A stretch of DNA of 63,784 bases, counting the filler, from Rhabdomonas costata (lineage: Eukaryota): the NCBI GenBank assembly GCA_019059605.1. It is 56 parts of 56 records of this genome, joined end to end, with 100 filler letters (N's around TTAATTAATTAA, not from the genome) between each part and the next. Parts side by side here need not be neighbours in the genome. Positions count along the whole stretch, not along the records: positions 1 to 1,040 come from JAHMHO010031849.1; positions 1,141 to 2,181 come from JAHMHO010031850.1; positions 2,282 to 3,323 come from JAHMHO010031851.1; positions 3,424 to 4,465 come from JAHMHO010031852.1; positions 4,566 to 5,606 come from JAHMHO010031853.1; positions 5,707 to 6,746 come from JAHMHO010031854.1; positions 6,847 to 7,887 come from JAHMHO010031855.1; positions 7,988 to 9,028 come from JAHMHO010031856.1; 48 more parts are not named here. One strand, written 5' to 3'. Positions 1 through 10,311 of this stretch are shown piece after piece. Positions within the stretch are counted from its first letter, which is position 1; every line of letters starts with the position of its first letter. The translations under genes and the position numbers were made by a program. A model generated the notes under the pieces. It did no database searches and was not told the origin of the DNA. It saw only the letters and a list, made by a program, of their open reading frames with translations.

Positions 1-487
1 TACGATGATGCTGATGGCTGCCAGGCTCCACGTCATGCTCTGTGTCCATGGCACCACCACACCCAGCGATGTCAGTTGGAAGGTGGGATGGTCCAGCGGA
101 GCCCAGCATGCAACGTGAAAGGGTGAGTGAGGTACCGATCGTAACCCTGATGTCGTAGAGTGAGGGATGTTGGTGAGTAGAGGCAGAAGGCTGATGACCT
201 GATGCCCGTGAGACCACTACGCAAGATGCCAACCCCTGGTGTGGTGAAGAGTGTCTGCAGTAAGGCCGCTCAGAGGAAGGGAGATGCCAGAGCGTAATCC
301 TGACCTTGATGCCACCTGTTGACCTGTTGAGGGTGAAATCCAGAGGGTGAGACTGACGCGTAGGATGATGCCGGATGAGTGATAAGGCCGCTACGAGTGG
401 AGGAAAGATGCTGAGATGAAGCATGAACCCGTAAAGGCCCCGCAGGGAGGAATGCGTCCCTGAGTTAAAGAGGCCTCCGGCCACGCT

Positions 488-871
488 CTCGCTATGCTCG
501 GTCCACTGCGTGTCCCTCGCTCCGCTCGTAATGTCCAGAAGAGTGAAGAAGAAGAGTCGCATCTTCGCATACGCCCAGCTCCACTCTTACGTCGTCGTGT
601 CATCTCCTACGTCGATGCCACTCCTCCTCTCAAGATGTAAGAGTGAAGATGACGTCGTCGCTTCCCACCTTCCGGTGGTACGCTCCTCCTCTCTCTGTCG
701 TCACTCCGCTACGCTCCGTTCCTCCTCTTTCTGTATGTCGTCGCTTCACTTCGTTACGCTCCTCCTCTTTCATGTCGTCACACTCGCTCCTTGCTACGCA
801 ATGTCGCTCCTGTTCCTCCTTCTTTGTGTCGTCGCTTCGTCACTCACTGCGTTCGTTCCTCGCTCCTCTTT
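488..871 (-). repeat. Array of at least 7 structure-conserved GA-zipper hairpins (G-GA-G-GA-[variable stem-loop]-GA-C-GA-C)
   Basis: Units at about 828-871, 774-821, 737-770, 697-730, 654-692 and 591-631 share GAGGA...GACGAC flanks on the minus strand; 488-528 has the same internal grammar. Interiors differ in sequence but fold with Watson-Crick pairs alternating with GA/GA steps and GNA (one GGAA) loops. Confidence 0.85.
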
Positions 872-1040
872 CTGTTGATCACTTGCCATAGTTCCCTCCA
901 CCACCATAAGTTGGTTACGGTCACTGGTTCACATTCGTCCTGAACTGTTCTAGCTTCTTCCCCCATGGGCAGGCTTCACGGAAAAGTGGGTGGAATGTGG
1001 ACATGCAGATCCCTGAGCTTGTCCTCGACACCCCCCACCC

Positions 1041-1140
1041 NNNNNNNNNNNNNNNNNNNNNNNNNNNNNNNNNNNNNNNNNNNNTTAATTAATTAANNNN
1101 NNNNNNNNNNNNNNNNNNNNNNNNNNNNNNNNNNNNNNNN
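1041..1140. other. Artificial contig linker (first of 55)
   Basis: N44-TTAATTAATTAA-N44 recurs about every 1141 nt; the palindromic core gives stops in all six frames. Confidence 0.99.
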
Positions 1141-1465
1141 GTGTTGTTGGTTCCACTGACAGAGTTTTCTTTGGCCGATTTATTTACGGAATTTCGGGCT
1201 TTTCGATTCTGTGAAGCGAAACATAACGCAAATGGTGAAATAGTATAAAAAGAACAGATAACGTGTGCACAAACAGAAAACCAAGTCCAGCAAAGGGCGC
1301 GGGAAGGCCGCAACACAGCCCACCAATTCGTCCGCAGGTATTCTATTCGATTGCAAAGATTATTTACATACCTTTATGCTTTTGCGGGTTTAGCGGGTTT
1401 TTTGAATACCGCGAACTTCTCCCAGGCCCAATACCGCTCCAAACACAATTTTTCAAGTGCCCCAC

Positions 1466-1680
1466 CTGCCGGAACCACACGTCGTCGGCGTGCAGGGTGA
1501 GCTGCACGGCCCACCCGTGGGGGTTGGGCACCGGCCGGAAGTCCGTGGGGTCCGCGCCAAAGGCCAGCGCCAGAGACTCCAGGTCCGGCCCCGCCGGGCC
1601 GCCTCCGGAGACCAGAAGGGTGCGGGGGCGAGAGGTGCCCCCACCCCCACTTCCGCGGCCCTTCGGCTTCGGCTTCGGCT
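1466..1680 (-). CDS. Internal exon, unknown protein
   Basis: cag|...|gtgggg borders, GC3-rich, reads PKPKPKGRGSGGGGTSRPRTLLVSGGGPAGPDLESLALAFGADPTDFRPVPNPHGWAVQLTLHADDVWFRQ; this frame is not in the ORF track. Confidence 0.55.
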
Positions 1681-2517
1681 CTGCTCACGAGAAAATTCCG
1701 CTGAAGGGCCATGCGGCAGCCCCTGCTCCAACGCTGCCGAAGGGTGGCAGCACAGGTCCCTCTCACCAGCGCAGGTTGGGTGCAGCGGAGGACAGAGAGA
1801 AATGTGAAGGTCCGGGTCCTGAGCTGACCTTGGTCCAACGAACGTTGCTGAGCAACACTGTGCTAGAATTTAAATAGAACCAGTTATGGTGCTGATGCCT
1901 AACGTCACTGGTTTAGTGTGGTTTTGAATGTCAGGTTGCACCATACACCCAGTTCAAGGGGTGCTCCCAGTCTTGATAGGCACATGGCGGTGTTTCAGAC
2001 ATCCTGGGATCCACAAATAAAAAGTGCGTTTCCCAACAAAACCGCACGATAACAAGGGCTTTGAAAAGACTTTCATGTATGTTCGGGGGGGGGGGGGATG
2101 GTCTATTTAAAGTCTAAAGAGGGTGGTCAGGTCAGATCAGGTCATGCCGTGCTACACCTTTCCCTCAACAACCCAAACCCCNNNNNNNNNNNNNNNNNNN
2201 NNNNNNNNNNNNNNNNNNNNNNNNNTTAATTAATTAANNNNNNNNNNNNNNNNNNNNNNNNNNNNNNNNNNNNNNNNNNNNCGCTGCTTGGGCGTGTGCG
2301 CATGTGTGCCGTTGTGCCTTTATTCTGCATTGCTTTTGGAGTGCAGTCCTGTGCGTCCAACAAACGCACATATTTCTGGTATATCCACGTACCCACTGAG
2401 GAGTTCTAAAACTGAGAAGCTTTCCAACTGATGATAGCAATCTTTCCTCTCGCCTGCGAACCATGCAAATCAAAAAGTTATGTGGGTGTGCCTCTGAAAA
2501 CTCGGCGCGATCTCTAG

Positions 2518-2723
2518 GCCGACGGTGTTCTTCCGGAGGGACAGTGTCTTCCCCATCGCGTCCCCTGAGCCCCCGGTTCTTCTGGGGGGTGGGCCGGACC
2601 AGCTCCCCGCCCAACCCCTGCCCCTGGACTCCACGGTGCCGCCCAGCACCTCTGTGGTGCCTTTCAGCCAGCGCCCGCTGTGGCAGCAGCTCCTGCTGCC
2701 ATCTGCGGAGTCCGAGCCCACGG
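2518..2723 (+). CDS. Internal exon, Pro-rich unknown protein
   Basis: tag|...|gtcaac borders, GC-rich island, PTVFFRRDSVFPIASPEPPVLL...PLWQQLLLPSAESEPT. Confidence 0.45.
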
Positions 2724-3034
2724 GTCAACACCCTAAGCAGTGCACCGCCGCGCATTTCAAAAACAGCCAGGTCTGAGTGGCGCTCCATTGTCGTCGTCAG
2801 GCGTCAGTTAACCTTTCACTGGGCTTTTGGAAAACTACTTCATGTGCAACGCTGAGAGATACAGGGACCACTCGTACAACGAATCCTGTCCACTCAAAAG
2901 GCTATATATTCACTGATTGGGTCATTTTTGTCCCATTGGGGCCGTTGGGGCTTTTCAGGAACAGGCTGCTCTTCATTCGGTGCCTCCTTATTCGTCGCTC
3001 CTTCTTTTCCATCTCTGTTGCCCACACACACACC

Positions 3035-3139
3035 GCGCCAGTCAGTCCCCAGTGGTCACCACCAACCAGTCAACCAGTCCACCAGGCAACCGCCAGCGCG
3101 CAATGCGCCCAACACACACACACACACACACACACACAC
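3035..3139 (+). repeat. Dispersed short repeat ending in (CA)n, copy 1
   Basis: About 75 nt matches 42022-42114 (agtggtcacca...ccaggcaac.gccagcgcgcaatgcgcccaacacac). Confidence 0.85.
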
Positions 3140-4377
3140 GAACACACACTCTTCACTCTTCTCTGAAGGAGAGCAGGCTCTGCGTCTTAACACAGTTTCC
3201 ACATTGCTCTCACATATCCGTCTGCATATCCGTTCGCGGCTTCAAATCCCCCTTGGGCTTCTCATCTTCACCGCCCAAAGACTCCCATCTCACGTCCCTT
3301 TTGCAATACAAACCCCACCACCCNNNNNNNNNNNNNNNNNNNNNNNNNNNNNNNNNNNNNNNNNNNNTTAATTAATTAANNNNNNNNNNNNNNNNNNNNN
3401 NNNNNNNNNNNNNNNNNNNNNNNGTGGGTGTGGAAGACCCTGGCGAAGCAGAACCAGACCAAGGGATGGAAGTCAAGTGGAAGGAGGTAGCCAGCACACG
3501 ACCCGACCGCATTAGAAATCCACAGGGTGTGTTACAGGGTTCCGGAGGAAGAAAGTTGCATTTTCACCTTTCTTCCGAGTTTCTACCGGTCAGGCTGATT
3601 TCAAGAGTTCGTCCTGACTACCCTGGTGCCACTGAACGCTAAGAACTACGAGCATTACAGAGAGAGAGGTCCTTGATTAGGTTTTTGTACATTGCGTGAT
3701 TCCGTTAATGCAGTTAAACCTAAAATGTCGCTTTTTATTTCAATTTGTGTTGCGATTAGCCTTTTATTGTGTTTTTACAGAGGAGGTGCAGCAGAACCAC
3801 AGCGGAACCGCAGGCGAGAGCCGCGGAGACCCGAGGCACCAGCAGAGGGAGAGGGTGGAAAAATGAAGTGGCGTTAGTGCGGTGAACACAGGACAGGGTG
3901 TGTATGTGCGGTCGCGTGCCCCTTCCACAGCCTTCTTTTTGGGTGGGAGATTGGGGAAAGGCATAAGCGGCGAGACCTTCCCAGCGAAACCTCTCCACAG
4001 ACCAGAAGGTGTGAGCACCAAGGCCCGGCCAAGAGACCCCCCCTGTGCCTAAAGCAGCCTTCACGAGCCACAAGTGACCCCCCCTGGTCTGCAGAGTAGT
4101 GCCACCAGAGGTCGCCAGATTTACGCCGAAGCGGCTTGGTAAATCGAAAAGTGGTTGGCACCCACGCCCCAGTTTCAGAAAGGCGACGCCCGCAGAGAGC
4201 ACCAGAGCACCAGCGACCCCCGTACGAACGGAAGAGACCTCCGCCACGTTCTAGGTGCCAAGACCGTTGCAGCGCCCACCTTGTGCAAGCAAGGTCGGGA
4301 TACAGTCCAGCTCGAGTGGGATCCAGAGGCACAACCACCCAAAGAGGTAGGAGACACGTAAGAGTTCACGCAGCATA

Positions 4378-4465
4378 GTTTGAGTGTAAAAAACCAGCAC
4401 ATTTTTTCAGGGCCTAGATCACGTAGATGGGCCAGAAAAAATGTGCTTGTTTTTTACACACAAAC
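4378..4465. repeat. Imperfect inverted repeat (31-nt arms) at contig end
   Basis: gtttgagtgtaaaaaaccagcacattttttc versus gaaaaaatgtgcttgttttttacacacaaac, 2 mismatches. Confidence 0.85.
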
Positions 4466-4565
4466 NNNNNNNNNNNNNNNNNNNNNNNNNNNNNNNNNNN
4501 NNNNNNNNNTTAATTAATTAANNNNNNNNNNNNNNNNNNNNNNNNNNNNNNNNNNNNNNNNNNNN

Positions 4566-4750
4566 TGCACGTGTTTCGTGGGATTCCAAAAAAAGATTTT
4601 GCAGGGGGTTAGAGGTCGGTATTCGTTTTCCGTGGAATTCCAGCAAAAGATTTTGCAGGGTGCACGTGTAACGTGGATTCCAATAAAAGCTTTTGCAGGG
4701 GGTTTGTGGGCGATGCACGTATTCCGCGGGATTCCAATGGAAGATTTTGC
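4566..4750. repeat. Degenerate minisatellite, 4 units of about 40-55 nt
   Basis: Recurring gattcca...aagattttgcaggg and tgcacgt cores. Confidence 0.8.
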
Positions 4751-5330
4751 CCTTTTGAAACTGTGCGAGCACATTCGTGACGGCTATTTTCAGTGATGCT
4801 GCCTCTTTTTTCATTCCCTTTATTCAGAAGAAGGGGGTTGGGACACTTTGCATGCTTCAGGATTTCCCATAAACAGCATGCAGGGGGTTAGGGAGCCTTG
4901 CTCGTGTTCCCACTTAGGGGAAGTACAGTATTAAAGTCATGCCAATTATTCAAAAGGAAGAGGCGTTTGACCTTTGGCATTGTTCAATGTTTTTCGCATT
5001 TGTGAAATCATGGAATTGTGGATGCTGAGCTTGGGTCCCCAGAAGTAAGTTTGTCTGTATAATGCACACGATCCGTGCCAATATAGCAGGCCAAGGCATT
5101 CGCGGGTTGTTTCCGTTTCAGGATTCACTACACTGCGAAGTTGTCTCGAACCCTGCGAGCCGTACCCTGCCATAGAGGTGGGAAGATAACTGGCTAGATG
5201 GATCCAAAGTGCCTAGTTGTGAGTTCCCCAATGGCACCCCGACCCCGGTTCCGAAAACACGCTGCGGAAGATTTTTGGGCCAGAATAACCCGAAAGGGTT
5301 GAAGTAAACGAGAATGAGGCTGTGCCATAC

Positions 5331-5437
5331 CCCACAATGCACCCGGCAACGATTCCCGTGGTCAAGGGGACCTTGGAGTACACCTGCTGAGTCCAGGAGT
5401 CCGAGTCCGTGGCGACAACAAGAACCCAGAACAGGTT
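5331..5437 (-). CDS. Exon of membrane receptor-like protein (possible end of Cache domain running into TM helix)
   Basis: ttttgcag|NLFWVLVVATDSDSWTQQVYSKVPLTTGIVAGCIV|gtatgg; W-x-L-V-V followed by a helix and a hydrophobic stretch resembles the last Cache strand. Confidence 0.45.
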
Positions 5438-5821
5438 CTGCAAAAAACACCCAAAATTGGCGAAGCAAGGCGACAAAATACCTCTGCCTTCCTCTGCTGC
5501 AAATATCAGACGAAGGCCAAGAGTCATAACACCGTTCCCAAACATTAAAATCCTGAAACCGAAAAAGTGGTGATCCAAGCCCAATCACGAACCTGAACCC
5601 ACACCCNNNNNNNNNNNNNNNNNNNNNNNNNNNNNNNNNNNNNNNNNNNNTTAATTAATTAANNNNNNNNNNNNNNNNNNNNNNNNNNNNNNNNNNNNNN
5701 NNNNNNGGGGGTTGGGCATGGCTGCAATGGCTGCCTGTGTTTAGTGCACGCTGTGCTCTTGTGGCCATGCCATGACAAGGCGCCTGGTGAAGTACTCCGT
5801 CGAAAGCCAGGACAGAACTGC

Positions 5822-5864
5822 TAGGGTTAGGGTTAGGGTTAGGGTTAATCCTATCCCTATCCCT
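5822..5864. repeat. Interstitial (TTAGGG)n tract abutting inverted (CCCTAT)n variant
   Basis: tagggttagggttagggttagggtta-atcctatccctatccct read directly. Confidence 0.85.
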
Positions 5865-6246
5865 GAAACAATAACAATTACGAGGCATAAGAATGACTCT
5901 TTGTATGTGTGGGACGTGCCTCTGAAGTGGAGCGGCTCACTGCAAGGACATAGTATGCAGTTTGTGGCAGCCTGAGAATCATGCATCACGTTATGAAACG
6001 TTTCGCCGTGCACTGTGGGGCATCATCCTCTGAATCATCTTGCATATTCCTGTAAAGATTCAGAGAATCGTAAAGACTGGAAAATAACCGCGGTCACTTC
6101 CTGGTTCAGTGGACCAACCAGCGGGCCAGGAAAGCCCGGGGGCACCGTGGTCGGTGCATTTTGTGGCAATCCTCGATGTCTACCATTGGTCTGGCTTTGG
6201 GCTGTGTGAGGTGGTACGGCACCGTGGGTGGGTGGGGGTGCCGCAG

Positions 6247-6374
6247 TGCGATGAGCTGGAGCTCTCCACAGTACTCTCGGAGTGCGCCGCGCTGCGGCAG
6301 GAGTCCCTGATGCTGAACCACAGGCCCCTCTGCGGGGAACTACCATCTGCCCTGCTCCGCTTGACTCACCTGAG
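6247..6374 (+). CDS. Exon of leucine-rich repeat protein
   Basis: cag|CDELELSTVLSECAALRQESLMLNHRPLCGELPSALLRLTHL|gtacac; L-x-L-xxxx-L-x-G-E-L-P-xx-L-xx-L-xx-L pattern. Confidence 0.6.
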
Positions 6375-7240
6375 GTACACGCTGCTCTGCCTCCTTCTCA
6401 ACGAGAGACCGTCGCGTCACCTCCACTGCCCAGGGATTCTTCACCTTAACATACTAACATTCTCCTGCTATCCTGCACTTCAGCCCTCCTCAATGGCCCC
6501 ACCACGGATTCCACTGGTTTCACTGAGAATCCTCTCTTGGGCCATAGATTGGGGTTCCGGGCTGGAATTCTCGCACGGACATTGCACGCATGGCCTGACA
6601 TTCTGCCTCCTGGTCTTCCTCATGGTCTCTCTTCCGGTATTCCCTCTCACCTGGCCCTGCTCTGCTCGCCTTCTTGCCCAGCAGGTTGATATAGAGCCTG
6701 AGCAGTTTTGCAAGACTTGAGACCCCGAGACCCGAGAACCACACACNNNNNNNNNNNNNNNNNNNNNNNNNNNNNNNNNNNNNNNNNNNNTTAATTAATT
6801 AANNNNNNNNNNNNNNNNNNNNNNNNNNNNNNNNNNNNNNNNNNNNGGTTGGTGTGTGTGGCAACAGAAACCGATCCCGCGGGTGCGTTCCGATTCTAAA
6901 GAACCTTGTTTGGTCTGGTTCTTGTGGAGAGGATGCGTGTACGCCCAGCACGCGGTATGTCTGTGAACGTGTGCCCCACAGCAAAGCCTCGGATTTTAGA
7001 ATCGAAATTTAATGAAAGGCACAGCATTCTTTGCAGTCCTGCGCTACATTTCAATCTTGCCGCGTAAATGATAGAAGGATGGATGGTTGGGTATGGTTGG
7101 ATGGATGGATGTTCACATATTTTTGCGAAGCTTCGCAGTTCACACCTGACCACATGACCACAGACAGAAGACAAGTCAACACTGATCAACGCGCACAATG
7201 CAAGCAAAGAATATCTCTCCACTTTCGTCTGGCACGGCAG

Positions 7241-7421
7241 GAAGAGGTGACGCTTTTGGGGACGTGTCCCAAGTGTGGGGCTGAGGTGGGTCGGGAGGCT
7301 CTGGGAGTGCACCTTGGGCCCTGCCCGCCCTGTGGTGGGCTGTGGGCAGGGTGCCGGGTTCTGGTGCGGTTTAACACCGCCTTCGGATGGTGCGGGGGAG
7401 AGGTTTTGGACGCTCAGTCGG
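7241..7421 (+). CDS. Exon, Cys-rich (CxxC...H...C) unknown protein
   Basis: cag|EEVTLLGTCPKCGAEVGREALGVHLGPCPPCGGLWAGCRVLVRFNTAFGWCGGEVLDAQS|gtgcag. Confidence 0.45.
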
Positions 7422-8708
7422 GTGCAGACGTGGCGGGACTGAAGCGGCCCTCCCGCGCGTCGTTTTTCAAGAGGAAGCTGCAGTGGTCAACCACGGGCTC
7501 TCAAATGGCGTCTCGCATTGTCCCTGTGCTGTTCGACAGGTCGCTTGGCGTCTGTGGTGCATTGCCTCATTGCTTTTTTCAGTGTTTGAAACCGGGTCGT
7601 GGCAACGTGTCGCGGCAGGGTCGGGAAGGGTCCAACCGACGCCGTAGTGGATAAAAAGAAGCACAACGAACCGCATGAAATTGTACGTGCAGGTCCGCTG
7701 CGAGGCACCCTCAAAGCCTTCTCTGAGCTGTGTAAGACGAATCTCAAGAACGCCGCACACACGAACTAGTGGGACACGCCCGTCGGCAACATGGTAGATG
7801 CTCTGAAAGCGAGCCCGGGGGAAAGCACGGGGAAAGCATCAGCAATAGGGACGCCCTTTCCGACAAAACACACTACTCCACAACACCNNNNNNNNNNNNN
7901 NNNNNNNNNNNNNNNNNNNNNNNNNNNNNNNTTAATTAATTAANNNNNNNNNNNNNNNNNNNNNNNNNNNNNNNNNNNNNNNNNNNNGTGTCTTGAGCAA
8001 CTGTCGTGTGTCGAGTATCACCCTGAGGTCTTTGGGGGGGGGGGGAAACCACAAGACATAACGAACGGCACGAAAAAAAGGCATGTGCATCAACCCATCT
8101 TTCAGCACCCGAGTACTTCCAACTCTTCTGTAAAATTTCCTAAGTCCTTCGCCAACGGCAGGTGGCCCTGGTATCTAGCAAAGAACAATTATCGTGGGCG
8201 TCGCGGGTGTGCACTCGGTCCTTCATCCAGTGAGAGTGCTGAGTTTCCTCCCACCATAGCTACATCATTTATTTACATTGCTTTAACTCAGCACAGAGGA
8301 TGCCACAGTCACTGTGAGGGCCAACACTCTTGGAAACTCGCTAACATGCCGTCAAGTGGTCCAGCGCGAGTAGACCGACGCCAGCACTCCCACTCCGCTA
8401 CAATCCACAGAGAAACCATGGTGTAGCAATCACCACACCCTAAAAAAGGGTGTGCTTGACAGGGCAAAAACACAAAACAGAGAGAGTAGGGAAAAATATA
8501 GATACAGACACCCCTCCTTGCTAAAAAAACATTGCAATCATCAGTGAGTGCAAAAGGGGGCGTTTTTTGGAAAGCATGAAAGTGGTGCTGCTGGGTCCAC
8601 CAGTGCACCGAGAAATTGCCCAGAGCAGGCAGTTCGGTGGGAGGATTCGGGACGGCATTACATCTCAACCCCTCCTCCCTCCTCCCACTGGCCTCACGGC
8701 CAACTGGG

Positions 8709-8879
8709 TCAGCTCTTGGAGGACGGAGCCGCAGCGGGGGCGGCCGGTGGGCTGGGCTGCAGGAAGTGCTGAGCAACGATCCTGCGCTGGATCTTCCCCG
8801 TGGCCGTGCGGGGCATCTCCGCGGCAAAGAAGACCTTCTTCGGAAGCTTAAAGTCCGAGAGCTTCTGCCGTAGTGCTGC
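8709..8879 (-). CDS. Last exon of oxalate-CoA ligase-like acyl-activating enzyme (AAE3/Pcs60 family)
   Basis: ttgcag|AALRQKLSDFKLPKKVFFAAEMPRTATGKIQRRIVAQHFL...SSKS-stop; FKxPKxVF and GKIQRRIVAQHF match the AAE3 C-terminus. Confidence 0.85.
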   Translation of the reverse strand, partial: AALRQKLSDFKLPKKVFFAAEMPRTATGKIQRRIVAQHFLQPSPPAAPAAAPSSKS

Positions 8880-10311
8880 CTGCAATGGGGGCCACACTGC
8901 GAAACCACAGGCCTATGCACGGAAAGATGTCATTTAGCCAGTGACCTTTTGTAGCAACCATCACAACTATCCGCTCGAAGAGCTAATATTTAAGGGGACC
9001 ATTGTGGTCCCTTACAACAACACACCAANNNNNNNNNNNNNNNNNNNNNNNNNNNNNNNNNNNNNNNNNNNNTTAATTAATTAANNNNNNNNNNNNNNNN
9101 NNNNNNNNNNNNNNNNNNNNNNNNNNNNGGTGGTGTTGGTGTGAAGCTTGCAACAACCCTCGCACCACTCGGCTCTGGCTGCGAGCGGAAGGGGTGTGCT
9201 GTCTGATGAGACTTGCTGTGTGTGTGTTTATGTTTGCGTTTGTTTTTGTGTGACTCACTTTCCCTTTGGTTGAGGCCACGGGCCTTTTTCGTTATTTGGA
9301 ATGTGCGAGATGTTTCCTGTGGGGTGCTGTTGCCATGGGAAGTTGACTGGATCTGCCGCTGGCGAATTGCCTGCACCCCCAGTGTTGTTTGTTCCTGCCT
9401 GTCTGCCTGCCTTGGTCTTAGCGGTCATTTTGCGGGGTTATCTTTGAAGGGTTCCTGTACACTACGGTGTTCCTGGGAGGTTTCCATGGAGATTTTAGAG
9501 ATTTTCCCACGGATACCTCTGTCGTCGGAAGGAAGGAAAGATTCACCAGATTCACCCCGGCTATTGAATGGGTGGGTGGATGGATTCTTGCTGTGGTTCT
9601 TGTGGGGTGTTGCCTTCTTGTTGCGAGAGATTTTCCCATGTTACCTGAACACGGTGGTGTCTGTATGAGGTGTGGTGGTTCGACCGATGACAACTCACCC
9701 TCCCGTCGGCCCCCCTCTCTCTCTCTCTCTCGTCCCTCCACCTCCTTGCGTTCGCCTGTCCGATTTTGGCTGACTCGTGGAGACCGCCCCTTCCCTCCTC
9801 TCTATCTCTCACACACCTTCTGCATGAACGTTCTCTCCAAGCATAGAAAAATGGATAGCGACCGCAGATTTGTCCGAAAGATTGGTCTTAAAATAGCGCT
9901 TGGCTTGCCTCCTCCCTTTCCTCCCTTCCCTTCCTTTCCCTTCCTTTCCCTTCCTACCCATCGCCGCCCTTCTGTCCCAGAGCAACCGTTGCTCGCGGTG
10001 CACACAGCATGGCTGCCGTTTTGCTACTCTCCTCCACCCCACTACGCCTGCACAAGCGCACACAAACGCACACACTGGAGTTTCTGCAAGGCCCTTCTCC
10101 CCATTGCCACGTGTTTGGGATGCCCCCACATATATACTCGGATGTCCCGTGCTCCCCCTACCAACAAACNNNNNNNNNNNNNNNNNNNNNNNNNNNNNNN
10201 NNNNNNNNNNNNNTTAATTAATTAANNNNNNNNNNNNNNNNNNNNNNNNNNNNNNNNNNNNNNNNNNNNGTGGTGGGTGTGTTTGGTTGTGTGGTGATGC
10301 CCCATGCCCAG

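Noticed and set aside
2-385. Plus-strand frame interrupted only by TGA (possible TGA=Trp mitochondrial gene)
   Set aside because: The read-through peptide resembles no mitochondrial protein I know, and TGA is simply frequent in this GA-rich text.
591-871. CRISPR array reading of the repeat-variable-repeat pattern
   Set aside because: The constant parts are only about 6-9 nt and are the two arms of each hairpin, the variable parts are self-pairing, and there are no cas genes.
1085-1096. TTAATTAATTAA motif and ORFs ending in X...LIN
   Set aside because: Artificial linker; any apparent gene clustering across linkers is meaningless.
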